Source: Pseudomonadales bacterium
GTDB taxonomy: Bacteria; Pseudomonadota; Gammaproteobacteria; Pseudomonadales; Azotimanducaceae
DNA length: 64,000 bases
Direction: 5' to 3'
NCBI GenBank assembly: GCA_963422285.2
Contig: CAXXJO010000002.1
Location: 1,310,842-1,374,841, forward strand
Position numbers and translations under genes: made by a program. The notes under the pieces were generated by a model, which did not search any database, was not told where the DNA came from, and worked only from the letters and a program-made list of their open reading frames with translations. Positions 9,121 through 18,942 of this stretch are shown here, piece after piece (the first letter of the stretch is position 1; each line of letters opens with the position of its first letter).

Positions 9121-10512
9121 ATGAACAAGCCCAACATTCTCTTCGTGATGACCGATCAGCAGCGCTGGGACGCCATGGGATGCGCCGCCGAATCCCATGG
9201 CGCCTGGGTAGAGACGCCGGCGCTGGACCGCATCGCCGCCGAAGGCGTGCGCTTCACCCGGTGCGTCACCACCACGCCCATCTGCATTCCGGCCCGGGTG
9301 ACCCTGGCCACCGGCCGCTATCCCCACAACAACGCGGTGTGGAGCAACCTGCAATACACCCTGCCGCCGGACGCGCCCACTTGGATGCGCGCCTTGCGCG
9401 ACCTCGGCTACCGCACCAGCCTGTTCGGCAAAACCCACCTGCACCCGCATCGGGGCGACCTGCGCCAACGCGAGCACCTGCTGAACGCCTACGGCCTGGA
9501 CGATGTGGACGAGATCGGCGGCCCCCGGGCCAGCGCCACGGTGATGAGCCATATGACGGCGATGTGGCAGGACAAGGGCCTGCTCGAACGCTACCGCGCC
9601 GACTTCGCGGAGCGCTTCGCCAACAAGCCCCACGTCGCACGGCCGTCCGTGCTGCCGCTTGCGGACTACGCCGACGTCTACGTAGGCCAGCAGGCCAAGC
9701 GCTACCTGGCGGGCTACGACCGCGACCAGCCGTGGTTCTGCTGGGTGAGCTTCGGCGGCCCCCACGAACCCTGGGACGCACCGGAACCCTACGCCAGCAT
9801 GTACGACCCCGAAGCCATGCCCGCGCCGGTGCCCCGGCCCGTAACCAATCATTCTCGGCCGCAAGGTTGGCTAGACTACTACATGGAACATTCCAGTCCC
9901 CGTCTGGAGCCCAACGACGAGGCGGCCATGCGCGCCAACTACGCCGGCAACGTCACCCTGATCGACGATCAGATCGGCCATATCCTCGAGGTGGTCGAAG
10001 CACGCGGCGAGTTGGACGACACTGTTATCGCCTTCACTTCGGACCACGGCGAAATGAACGGCGACTGGGGCCTGATCTACAAGATGAACTTCCTCGACGG
10101 CGCCTTGCGCGTACCCATGCTGGTGCGGACCCCGGCAACGGCTGCGGGCGGCGGTTCGGTGAGCGATGCGCTGGTGGAGAACTGCGACCTCGGCCCGACC
10201 CTGGTGGAACTAGCTGGCGGCGAACTGGAACATCGACAGTTCGCACGCTCTCTGGTTCCAACCCTGACGGCACCGGATGCCGTCCACCGGCAGGATGTGG
10301 TCTCGGAGTTCCGCGGCGAGTTCATGTTGATGACCCAGGACTGGAAGATGGCCCTCAACCGCGAAGGCCGCGCCTACCTGCTGTTCGATCGCAACGCGGA
10401 TCCGCGCGAGAAGCGCAACCTCGCCGGCCTGCCGGAATCCAAGCCGGTGGAGGACGAACTGCGGCTGGCGACCTTGGAGCGCATCTCGAAGACCCAGCTC
10501 ACAGCCCCTTGA
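9121..10512 (+). CDS. sulfatase family protein (formylglycine-dependent type)
   Basis: 463 aa. N-terminal ILFVMTDQQRWD and the C-x-P-x-R signature TPICIPARVTLATGR. No obvious signal peptide. Confidence 0.85.
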   Translation: MNKPNILFVMTDQQRWDAMGCAAESHGAWVETPALDRIAAEGVRFTRCVTTTPICIPARVTLATGRYPHNNAVWSNLQYTLPPDAPTWMRALRDLGYRTSLFGKTHLHPHRGDLRQREHLLNAYGLDDVDEIGGPRASATVMSHMTAMWQDKGLLERYRADFAERFANKPHVARPSVLPLADYADVYVGQQAKRYLAGYDRDQPWFCWVSFGGPHEPWDAPEPYASMYDPEAMPAPVPRPVTNHSRPQGWLDYYMEHSSPRLEPNDEAAMRANYAGNVTLIDDQIGHILEVVEARGELDDTVIAFTSDHGEMNGDWGLIYKMNFLDGALRVPMLVRTPATAAGGGSVSDALVENCDLGPTLVELAGGELEHRQFARSLVPTLTAPDAVHRQDVVSEFRGEFMLMTQDWKMALNREGRAYLLFDRNADPREKRNLAGLPESKPVEDELRLATLERISKTQLTAP

Positions 10513-10570
10513 CAGCGGGAAATGTTCGGAATAGGATCGCCGCCCTTCTCCGCATCCGCGGCCCAGATCG

Positions 10571-10597
10571 AAAACGGTGCCGCCTATTCCGGCACCG
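10571..10597 (-). terminator. rho-independent terminator candidate for the metallopeptidase gene
   Basis: Perfect 8-bp GC-rich stem (CGGTGCCG 10575-10582 with CGGCACCG 10590-10597) and a 7-nt loop containing the TAG stop. On the minus strand it is followed by TTTT (10571-10574). Confidence 0.5.
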
Positions 10598-11336
10598 GCT
10601 CCCGCAGCAGGCCAGCGTGGTGGCGAAGCGCCCGGCGGCGGCGACGCCAATCGGCCATATGCGCATCCATCAGCTGGCAGAAGCCCGGGCCGTGGTTCAA
10701 ATGCCGCAAATGGCACAGCTCATGCAGGACGACGTATTCGATCAGCCGATCCGGCAGCTTGACCAAGTGGCTGTTGAGAGAAATGCGCCCGCGCGTCGAG
10801 CAGCTCCCCCACTGGGTGCGCATGTAGCGATGCCGCCAAGGCGGCTCGGTCCCGAGCCAAGGCAGCGCCGCGACCATTGCGGCGACCACATTGCCCAGCA
10901 CGGACTCCGCCTGCCCTGCGTACCATGCCCAAACGCGACGCTTGGTATCGTTGCGAGGAGCCAAGAGCTCGCCCTCCGCAAGCGCCGTGTCCTCCCCTGC
11001 CCCAAGGCGCAAGGATACGGCTCGGCCGCGATGGAACAATACGGCGCCGTCGACATAGTCCAGCGGATACCAGACCCCGCTCTCGGCTGCCGCTCGGCGA
11101 CGGTGGCGAATCCACCGGGCATGCGTTCGCAGCAGGCTGCGCACTTCGTCCAGGGACGCGGACGGCGGCGCATCGACAAGCAGCATCCCGGCAGAGGCGA
11201 AGGAGATGCCCATGCGGGTTCGTCGACGCGGGTTCCAGCGCACCTCCACGGCCACTTCGGCGCCGTCGGCCAGCGTCCAGTGGAATCGAGTGCGCTGCGG
11301 ACGACAAGACGCGACAGCGGCCATCGAGCCAGTCAT
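10584..11336 (-). CDS. YgjP-like / M48-family (DUF45) metal-dependent hydrolase
   Basis: HExxH in the C-terminal region: EYVVLHELCHLRHLNHGPGFCQLMD. Start chosen at MTGSMAAV (11336); the ORF is open back to 11441. Confidence 0.7.
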   Translation of the reverse strand: MTGSMAAVASCRPQRTRFHWTLADGAEVAVEVRWNPRRRTRMGISFASAGMLLVDAPPSASLDEVRSLLRTHARWIRHRRRAAAESGVWYPLDYVDGAVLFHRGRAVSLRLGAGEDTALAEGELLAPRNDTKRRVWAWYAGQAESVLGNVVAAMVAALPWLGTEPPWRHRYMRTQWGSCSTRGRISLNSHLVKLPDRLIEYVVLHELCHLRHLNHGPGFCQLMDAHMADWRRRRRALRHHAGLLREPVPE

Positions 11337-11617
11337 CCTCCGATCCTCTCGCGCCGCCAAGCAGCGTCCTATCCTTCGTTGCCACGCCGGCAGATCCTGC
11401 GCGTTGTCCTTGCGCATCCGTTCGCGGGCCCGGCGCTCCATGAACAGCTGTACATCGGCTGCTCTGCCCTCCCTTCGCGGCAGCCCGTATCCAGGCTCGG
11501 GACGTTTCGGACATTCAGGCAGCGTCGCGGATCACCAGCAAGGAAAACCTGTCCCGGGTACGCCTCGGCAGAGCGCCTTGAAAGCAAGCCGACGACGCAG
11601 CTGGCATACCAGCCCTA

Positions 11618-11860
11618 CTAGGGAATCCCAGCGAATTGACGCAACTCGTTGTATAGATTCTTCTGGCGGTTGTCGAATTGGCAGTTGCCGCGCCTGCAAT
11701 TGACGATGGCCTCCGCTGGCTTCTTTGCACGCCCGTTGTGCCAATGCCAATCCTCGACCATGTTAATCGGTATGGACTGGTCCCCGGTTGCAGCCAGAGG
11801 CAGGTGAGCTCGGAGTTGGTCTGTCCACTCATGAGTCGGCGTTCTCCTTAGGTGCCTCAA
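11618..11860 (-). CDS. hypothetical small protein in an AT-richer islet
   Basis: 80-codon ORF with a TTG start and plausible codon pattern (..VEDWHWHNGRAKKPAEAIVNCRRGNCQFDNRQKN..). No domain recognised. A competing ORF at 11515..11832 overlaps it. Confidence 0.25.
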   Translation of the reverse strand: MRHLRRTPTHEWTDQLRAHLPLAATGDQSIPINMVEDWHWHNGRAKKPAEAIVNCRRGNCQFDNRQKNLYNELRQFAGIP

Positions 11861-12180
11861 GTAGCTGCAAGGGTGTTCGAATGGGGACTATATACAGGAT
11901 GATCCCAATTGGCCGGGAAGCTCGCTGACATCCACGCCTAGCCATGCGGCGACCTGCTTGCTCGCATCTTCGCGTCTTCGTTCATAAGCAGATGCGCCAT
12001 GAGGCCGTACAGGTCAGGCGGCCATTTCGGTGGCATACAGGGGTCCAGCCGAGCCGGCGCCGCCTCTTCAAGGAGAAAGCAGATGCTGCGGTTAGTCGTT
12101 GCGGCCCTCGATGACACTGGAGCGGCTCGATCTCGGTGAGGCGGACATGCCAGCAACTCGTGAACACGGCGGCCACCAAG

Positions 12181-12885
12181 TCACATCCCCCGCTGCAGCA
12201 GCATGGTGCGGATCTTGCCGATGGCGCGGGTGGGGTTCAGACCCTTGGGGCAGACGTCCACGCAGTTCATGATGCCCCGGCAGCGGAACACGCTGAACGG
12301 ATCCTCCAACGCCGCCAGCCGCTCCTCGGTGGCGGTGTCGCGGCTGTCGGCTAGGAAGCGGTACGCTTGCAGGAGGCCGGCCGGGCCGACGAACTTGTCC
12401 GGGTTCCACCAGAAGGACGGGCAGGCAGTGGAGCAGCAGGCGCACAGAATGCACTCGTAGAGGCCGTTCAGCCGCTCTCGATCCTCCTTCGACTGCAAGC
12501 GCTCCCGCGCCGGCGGCGCTTGATCGTTGACGAGCCACGGCTTTACCCGTTCGTACTGCTTGTAGAACTGGTTCATGTCCACGACCAGGTCGCGGATCAC
12601 CGGCAGTCCAGGAAGCGGTCGCAGCACGAGCTTGCCGCGGGACGCGGCTTCGGACACCGGCGTCGTACACGCCAGCCCGTTCCTGCCGTTCATGTTGATG
12701 CCGTCCGAGCCGCACACGCCTTCGCGGCAGGAGCGGCGATAGGCGATGGACGGATCCTGCGCCTTCAGCAGTTCCAGCACGTCGAGCACCATGAGGTCGC
12801 GGCCCGGGGGAATATCCAGCTCCAGCTGCTCCATGCGCGGCGACTCGTCGGCATCCGGGTCGTATCTGTAGATGCTGATCTGCAT
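12181..12885 (-). CDS. sdhB: succinate dehydrogenase iron-sulfur subunit
   Basis: Starts MQISIYRYDPD. Cys clusters CREGVCGSDGINMNG, CILCACCSTACP and CRGIMNCVDVCPK. Confidence 0.92.
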   Translation of the reverse strand: MQISIYRYDPDADESPRMEQLELDIPPGRDLMVLDVLELLKAQDPSIAYRRSCREGVCGSDGINMNGRNGLACTTPVSEAASRGKLVLRPLPGLPVIRDLVVDMNQFYKQYERVKPWLVNDQAPPARERLQSKEDRERLNGLYECILCACCSTACPSFWWNPDKFVGPAGLLQAYRFLADSRDTATEERLAALEDPFSVFRCRGIMNCVDVCPKGLNPTRAIGKIRTMLLQRGM

Positions 12886-12890
12886 AGAAC

Positions 12891-14636
12891 CTAGTAGCTC
12901 CGAGCCGTGGGTTGAAAAGCGTCCATGGTACGCGGCGAAAAGTTCACGGCTCGCTTGCCGACGCGCTTGTCCCCAGGGAAATAGAGGGAGTGGCACAGCC
13001 AGTTTTCGTCGTCCCGCTCCTGGTAGTCGTTGCGCGCATGGGCGCCGCGGCTCTCCGTGCGCGCTTCGGCGACGATGGCGGTGGCTTCCGCCACTTCCAG
13101 CAGGTTGTCGAGTTCCAGCGCCTCCAAACGAGCGGTGTTGAACACCATGCTCTTGTCCGCCAGGTGAGCGGCGGCGATGCGCTCGCGCAGGTCGGCGAGG
13201 GTGCCGATGCTCTTGTTCATGTGCTCCTCGGTGCGGAAGACGCCGAAGCTCGCTTGCATGAGATTCTGCAACTCCCGCTTGAGCGCCGCCACGCCTTCTC
13301 CGGAGGCGGATTCGTTCCAGCGCCGCAGCCGCGTCGTGGCCCGGTCCACATCGTCGTCGCCGGGGTCTCGGTAGGAGACGCCTTGGCGCATCACTTCCTC
13401 AATGCGAATGCCGGCGGCGCGCCCGAACACCACCAAGTCCAGCAGCGAGTTGCCGCCTAGACGGTTGGCGCCATGCACCGACACGCATGCCACCTCGCCA
13501 ACGGCGTAGATGCCCTCGATGGCAGCATCGCGGCCTTGGGCGAGCGCCTGGCCCTGGATGTTGGTGGGAATGCCGCCCATCATGTAGTGGCAAGTGGGCA
13601 CGACCGGAATCGGCTCCCGAACCGGGTCCACATGGGCGAAGGTCCTGGACAGTTCCATGATGCCCGGCAGCCGCGCTTGCAGGGTTGCTGCGCCCAAGTG
13701 ATCGAGCTTCAGCAACACATGATCGCCGTCTGGACCGGCACCTCGGCCCTCCAGGATCTCCAGCACCATGGAACGCGCCACCACGTCGCGGCCGGCGAGG
13801 TCCTTGGCTGTGGGGGCATAGCGCTCCATGAAGCGCTCGCCATCCTTGTTGACGAGGTAGCCGCCCTCCCCTCGGCAACCCTCGGTGACCAGCACCCCGG
13901 CACCGTGAATGCCGGTAGGGTGGAACTGCCACATCTCGATGTCCTGCACTGGGAAACCGGCGCGCAGCGCCATGCCGACACCGTCGCCGGTGTTCATCAG
14001 CGCGTTGGTGGTGCTGGCGTAGATGCGCCCGCCGCCGCCGGTGGCGAGCACGGTGGCTTTCGACTTCACGAATACCACCTCGCCGGATTCGATCTCGATG
14101 GCCACCACGCCGACCACCGCGCCGTCCTGGTTCACCACCAGATCCACCGCGAACCACTCGGAGAGGAACGTAGTGTCCGCCTTGAGGTTGTTCTGATAGA
14201 GGGTATGCAGCAGCGCGTGTCCCGTGCGATCTTCGGCAGCGCAGGTGCGCGCCGCTTGGCCGCCACGGCCGAAATCCTTGGACTGGCCGCCGAAGGGTCG
14301 CTGGTAGATGCGTCCGTTCTCGGTGCGGGTGAACGGCAACCCCATGTGCTCCAATTCGTAGATCGCCTCCGGACCGACGCTGCACATGTATTCGATGGCG
14401 TCCTGGTCGCCGATGTAGTCGGAGCCCTTGACGGTGTCGTACATGTGCCAGCGCCAGTCGTCGTCCGGGTCTTCGCTGGCGATGGCGCAAGTGATGCCGC
14501 CTTGGGCGGACACCGTGTGCGAGCGGGTGGGAAAGACCTTGGACAGCACTGCGGTCTTCAGCCCGGATCGAGCCAATTGCAGGCTCGCCCTCATGCCCGC
14601 ACCGCCGCCGCCGACAATGACGCCGTCGAACTCCAT
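12891..14636 (-). CDS. sdhA: succinate dehydrogenase flavoprotein subunit
   Basis: Starts [19 protein letters not shown] (FAD fold). Contains SHTVSAQGG (covalent FAD His) and [18 protein letters not shown]. The upstream part of ORF 12891..14795 was rejected. Confidence 0.92.
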   Translation of the reverse strand: MEFDGVIVGGGGAGMRASLQLARSGLKTAVLSKVFPTRSHTVSAQGGITCAIASEDPDDDWRWHMYDTVKGSDYIGDQDAIEYMCSVGPEAIYELEHMGLPFTRTENGRIYQRPFGGQSKDFGRGGQAARTCAAEDRTGHALLHTLYQNNLKADTTFLSEWFAVDLVVNQDGAVVGVVAIEIESGEVVFVKSKATVLATGGGGRIYASTTNALMNTGDGVGMALRAGFPVQDIEMWQFHPTGIHGAGVLVTEGCRGEGGYLVNKDGERFMERYAPTAKDLAGRDVVARSMVLEILEGRGAGPDGDHVLLKLDHLGAATLQARLPGIMELSRTFAHVDPVREPIPVVPTCHYMMGGIPTNIQGQALAQGRDAAIEGIYAVGEVACVSVHGANRLGGNSLLDLVVFGRAAGIRIEEVMRQGVSYRDPGDDDVDRATTRLRRWNESASGEGVAALKRELQNLMQASFGVFRTEEHMNKSIGTLADLRERIAAAHLADKSMVFNTARLEALELDNLLEVAEATAIVAEARTESRGAHARNDYQERDDENWLCHSLYFPGDKRVGKRAVNFSPRTMDAFQPTARSY

Positions 14637-14650
14637 GATCGGAAGGCGGC

Positions 14651-15022
14651 TCACGTCAGCCCCCAGACCACCGCCAGCGGCCACAGCACCAAGGCGAAGA
14701 TCGCCGCTAGGCAGGCTACTTGGTAGATCGCCAGCCATAGCGTGTGGGCGCGACCGAAGTAGTGCCGCCGCACATAGTCCGTGCCGATGGTCCACATCCC
14801 GATCCAGGCGTGGGCGGCCAGAGACAGCACGGCCAGAGTGGTGAATGCCTGCATCGGCAGCGAACCGAAGAAGGCGGCAAGCCGAGTGTGGTCCATGTGG
14901 GGCGTCGAGATGAAGAAAGCGAGCACTGTCGCCCCGTATGCGCCGAGGACCACGGCGGATACGCGCTGCAGAACGAAGTCCGACAGGCCGCTGCGCCCGA
15001 AGCTGGTGACGCTGGTCACCAT
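14651..15022 (-). CDS. sdhD: succinate dehydrogenase membrane anchor subunit
   Basis: [24 protein letters not shown].. is collinear with the E. coli SdhD N-terminus. ATG at 15022 overlaps the sdhC stop; a GTG at 15028 is an alternative start. Confidence 0.85.
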   Translation of the reverse strand: MVTSVTSFGRSGLSDFVLQRVSAVVLGAYGATVLAFFISTPHMDHTRLAAFFGSLPMQAFTTLAVLSLAAHAWIGMWTIGTDYVRRHYFGRAHTLWLAIYQVACLAAIFALVLWPLAVVWGLT

Positions 15023-15396
15023 AGCCACGCTCCCGCGGCGACTACCGCCGCCAACGCCAGCAGGATGGATGCCCAGGCACCGATGCGCCCGCCTCTGGCC
15101 GTGTCCCCAATGTGGAAATCCAGCAGCAGATGCTTGACGCCGGCCAGCAGATGATAGGCCAGCGCGGCGAGGATGGCCCAGATGGCGACTTTCCCCGCAC
15201 CCGCCGCGACGATTTCCTTGGCCTGCTCGAAGCCGGCCTGATCGTCGAGGGCCAAGTCGAACAAGTAGCAGAGAAACAACGCGCCGACGAACAGCACCAT
15301 GCCGGCAAGCCGGTGCAGGATGGACGCCACCGCCGTCACCGGCATGGCAGCGAACAGGCTAGGCAGAGGCAGATTGACGGGCCGTGGAGCGTTCAT
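15016..15396 (-). CDS. sdhC: succinate dehydrogenase cytochrome b556 subunit
   Basis: 126 aa with three TM segments, the heme-ligand context SILHRLAGM, and first position in the sdhCDAB order. Confidence 0.85.
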   Translation of the reverse strand: MNAPRPVNLPLPSLFAAMPVTAVASILHRLAGMVLFVGALFLCYLFDLALDDQAGFEQAKEIVAAGAGKVAIWAILAALAYHLLAGVKHLLLDFHIGDTARGGRIGAWASILLALAAVVAAGAWLW

Positions 15397-15635
15397 CTAG
15401 TCGTCGCCTGCACGAGATGAGCATCCATGATAGCAAAGTGGTTCGGCGTTCTACTACGACGCGACCGCTTCGCCCGCGACCCCTGGAGGGCTTGCGCACA
15501 AGAAGGCCGCCTGATCGCTGCATCGACCCGCGCTCCCGGACGCACTTGCGCACAAGCGCCTAGCCGGACCAACCCAACGCTTCGCCACCGCCTGCGCTGT
15601 CGGCTTCGCCCTGCCAAGACCCTGAGCAACCGGCG

Positions 15636-16454
15636 CTAGGCCGCCAACGCACTGCCGTCGTAGCGCGGCCGATCGCCGGCCACCGTGACGCGCCACATCC
15701 GCCGCGTCTCGCCTTCTGGACGGTTGAGCACCGGATAGTGCTGCGCGGCCCGGTTGTCCCACATCACCACGTCGCCGGGTCGCCAGCGGTGGGTGTAGCA
15801 GAACTCCGGACGGTGGGCGTGGGTGGTGAGGAAGCGTAGCAGCCCGTCGCTCTCCTCCGTAGTCATGTGTGCGAAACGGCGGGTGAACTCGCTGTTCACG
15901 AACAAGGCCGTGCGACCGGTCTCGGGGTGGGTGCGCAGAACCGGATGGACGGCCTGCTCCTCGGGACGGTTGTGGGAGGACGCATCATGCACGGCTTCAA
16001 TGCTGGCCGCGAGCCTCCGCATTCCGGGCGACAGCGCCTCGAATGCAGCGTACTGATTGGCAAAGGCGGTCTCGCCGCCTCGGCTGGGCAGCTCCTTGGC
16101 GGCGAGGATGGAGATGGCCGGCGGTCGCTCGTCGAAGGTGGCGTCCGAATGCCACCGTCCCCGGCGGATGCCGCTCGGCATGTTGATCGGCAGAATCAGC
16201 GAATGGCTGTCGAGGCCCGGCCCATGGGGGAAGCGGTACAGGTCGCCGAAGCGACGGGCGAAGGCCAGCTGATCGTCAGCGGAAAGCTGCTGACGAGAGA
16301 AAACGAGAATCACGTAATCGAGGAACGCCTGATGGATCTGCTCGAAAGCGTCGTCGTCGATCCAGCGCAGATCGACATCGATTTCGGCCCCGATCAGGCC
16401 GGCCAGCGGCGCAACCGCCAGCGTACTCGCTGGGGCAACGCTGGTCGCGTTCAT
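15636..16454 (-). CDS. TauD/TfdA-family Fe(II)/2-oxoglutarate dioxygenase
   Basis: ATG at 16454 preceded by GGAGGGA. H-x-D motif RWHSDATFDERPPAISIL and C-terminal WDNRAAQH. The upstream 100 codons of the ORF were rejected. Confidence 0.8.
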   Translation of the reverse strand: MNATSVAPASTLAVAPLAGLIGAEIDVDLRWIDDDAFEQIHQAFLDYVILVFSRQQLSADDQLAFARRFGDLYRFPHGPGLDSHSLILPINMPSGIRRGRWHSDATFDERPPAISILAAKELPSRGGETAFANQYAAFEALSPGMRRLAASIEAVHDASSHNRPEEQAVHPVLRTHPETGRTALFVNSEFTRRFAHMTTEESDGLLRFLTTHAHRPEFCYTHRWRPGDVVMWDNRAAQHYPVLNRPEGETRRMWRVTVAGDRPRYDGSALAA

Positions 16455-16856
16455 GCGTACGTTCCCTCCATTCCGTGCGTGTGCTGCCTGTCTATCGTGC
16501 AGCCGACGAAAGGGCGCGTCAAGCGGGCTCCATGCCGTCGCGGCGGTTTCATCCTCCTTTGGAGGGCGATGTCCTGCATCGCCATCGATCCGGATGGCCT
16601 GTCGGCGACGATGGCTTCCAGCCAGGCAATCAGTGCGGAGGGTCTTCCGCCAGGGTCGGTTCGACGAAGTCGGCGCTTGGACTTGGCGGTCGAGGCAATG
16701 CGCGCACGCGCCACTGCTTTGCCGAACGGGCGCATCCTTCGGGGCAGGAGGCATCTTCCAGACAATGCCGCGATCTTGCGGGACAGGTGAACTGCTGCGA
16801 CTACTCGGCCCGCAGGCACCAGCGCCGCCGCGTCCTGCACACTCAGCGACGCGCCA

Positions 16857-17600
16857 TTACGGGTCTGTCCGAAGTTCGACCTTCAGCGCTGAATTCGAGG
16901 CGATGCCAGCCCCGCTTCGTCGATACCGCTCTCTGCGCTCCTGGCTGAACTTGTCGATCTCGTCGGCTGGCACACCGAAGGAGATGCCCCTTTCAACTCC
17001 AGGTCGTACACGTACCCGATGCACCCAGTCGACCACCCGGGGCTTGTTGGTAATGTCGATCTTCGACCATTTGTAGGATCGCACCCAGCACCAGGTAGCG
17101 ATATCCGCCACCGTGAACTGATCGCCGCACAGGTAGGGGTGCCTTGCCAGCTGGTAGTCCAGAACCGACACCAGCCGCAGCGCCTCCTTGCCGAAGCGTT
17201 CGAGAGGGTGCGCCTTCTGTTCCTCCGAGGCATCGCCGATGTATCGCGTATAGCTCAGCTTGTTGCCGAACGCCGGGCCGATATTCGCAGCCTGCCAGTA
17301 GAGCCAGGGGATGACATCCCAGCGGCGCTCGTCCTTGGGGTAGAGGTCGGATTCGAAGGTCTCGCCGAGATACTGGAGGATCGCGCAGCTCTCGATGATG
17401 GCCCTGCCGTCATGCACGATGGCGGGGATCTTCTGATTGGGATTGATTGTCGTGAATTCCTTGGAAAACTGATCGCCCCCTAGATTCACGGCGTGGATGT
17501 TGACCTCCGGCAGGGACACGCCGGCCTGCCGCAGTTCTTCGATCATGGTGGTGATCTTCCAGCCGTTGGGCGTGGCGGCAGTGTAGACTTCCAGGCTCAT
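16857..17600 (-). CDS. glutathione S-transferase (Nu-class, YfcG/YghU-like)
   Basis: ATG at 17600 with AGGGGAGGA upstream. N-terminal YTAATPNGWKITTMIEEL and IPAIVHDG..IIESCAILQYL. Confidence 0.75.
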   Translation of the reverse strand: MSLEVYTAATPNGWKITTMIEELRQAGVSLPEVNIHAVNLGGDQFSKEFTTINPNQKIPAIVHDGRAIIESCAILQYLGETFESDLYPKDERRWDVIPWLYWQAANIGPAFGNKLSYTRYIGDASEEQKAHPLERFGKEALRLVSVLDYQLARHPYLCGDQFTVADIATWCWVRSYKWSKIDITNKPRVVDWVHRVRVRPGVERGISFGVPADEIDKFSQERRERYRRSGAGIASNSALKVELRTDP

Positions 17601-17891
17601 ATCCTCCCCTCGACCCAGCTCGGCTACGCGGGTTGCATGATGTTCACGGCACCGGCATTCCCATGGCCGGCAAGCGGCTGGCCATGCCTTGTCCGCTCGG
17701 CACCGTTTCCTACGCCAAGCACCGCCAGGATGCCATGCTCCCTGGCGACAGCGCACCCATGCGCTTTGATATTGTCGGCGAGGTGGCCCGCGCATCCAAG
17801 TCGCACCTCGTTTGCCGCTGCTTGCAGTTTTATGATCCTCGCCGCCGGCAAGCAGCGGCGCGGCATCGACACTCGAAAGCACGAGCGACGT

Positions 17892-18749
17892 TCATCGTTG
17901 TGGAGTCTTCCCGGACTCGCGCAATGCGGCCTCCAGCGCTGCGATCCGAGCCTCCGCCTCGGCGGTTCGTCGCTCCGCCGTCCGACGGGCTGCGACTTCC
18001 TGCTCGAGACGGGCGCGAGTCGCCCGATGGGCAGTCTTCTCAGCCTGATGAGCAGACTTCGCGGCCAAGTAGGCGCCTACCGCTTCCCGGTGCGCCATGA
18101 GGTCCTCGCCGGCGGCTGGATCGCGGAAGCGCAGTTCGCCAGCGCCGCCGTACAGCTCCAAGCCCAGCACTTCGCTGAACCAGCGCCCCGAAGCGTCCGC
18201 CGATAGACGCCGGTAGACGCCCTTGCGCAACCGGTAGCCCCTCAGCGGTTCGTCCATGTACCTGTCCAGCGGATCGAAGAGCCAGTACTCCGCGACGCCC
18301 AGCGCTTCGTAGGTGTCGCGCTTGATGCCGAGATCGACCCGCCAGGTTTTGTGCGACAGCACCTCCAGCACCAGGTCCGGCGCCTTCGGTTCCTGCCACA
18401 GCTTGTAGGACCGCCGCTTGCGATCCTCCGCTCCGACCACCACGAACAGGTCCGGCACCACGGCCGCCGAGCGGTCGCCTTTGTCGTAGTTCAGGAACAG
18501 GTCCGATGCCACGTAGACATCGGGCCGCCCCCGATACCAGGACCGCAGCACGGTGAAGGCGTAGACCAGCGGATGGAGCTGGTGGTCGCTCTCGGACATC
18601 GGCTTGCCATCCTCAAAGGGATAGCCGTCCTCGTCGCAGCCTGCGGGCGGCACCGGCCGATAGCGGAACAGCCGCGACGCACCGGCCGGCGAATGCGCCC
18701 GTCTCGGCTTCGGCGGATCGTTGGATTCGGGCAGGCGTTTCGACAACAT
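17892..18749 (-). CDS. Uma2-family (DUF820) putative endonuclease with an Ala/Arg/Glu-rich C-terminal coiled coil
   Basis: Core VVPDLFVVVG..PDLVLEVLS..GVAEYWLFDP (PD-(D/E)XK-like D..E-x-L..E). Tail ..RRTAERRTAEAEARIAALEAAL. Start uncertain; 18749 was chosen. Confidence 0.7.
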   Translation of the reverse strand: MLSKRLPESNDPPKPRRAHSPAGASRLFRYRPVPPAGCDEDGYPFEDGKPMSESDHQLHPLVYAFTVLRSWYRGRPDVYVASDLFLNYDKGDRSAAVVPDLFVVVGAEDRKRRSYKLWQEPKAPDLVLEVLSHKTWRVDLGIKRDTYEALGVAEYWLFDPLDRYMDEPLRGYRLRKGVYRRLSADASGRWFSEVLGLELYGGAGELRFRDPAAGEDLMAHREAVGAYLAAKSAHQAEKTAHRATRARLEQEVAARRTAERRTAEAEARIAALEAALRESGKTPQR

Positions 18750-18942
18750 GGGCGAACCGTACCACGGGCGGCACCCTTCGGGGTCACGGGAAAACGCCAT
18801 TTTGGAGCACGGCTCCGCTGCCTGGAATCGGACATCCGCCATCGGGCTTGTAGGAAATCTCTGCAATTCGCTGCGGCATTCCACCCGCAACCTATGCAGA
18901 GAGAGCCCGTTCTCCGCCCGCCCGCGGCGCAGGGGGCAGAGG

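Noticed and set aside
16451-16840. 129-codon minus-strand ORF whose TGA overlaps the TauD-like ATG (ATGA)
   Set aside because: Despite the coupling-like overlap, the translation is very Arg-rich and low complexity with no recognisable domain. I treat it as a probable 5' leader or a decayed sequence, but it remains unresolved.
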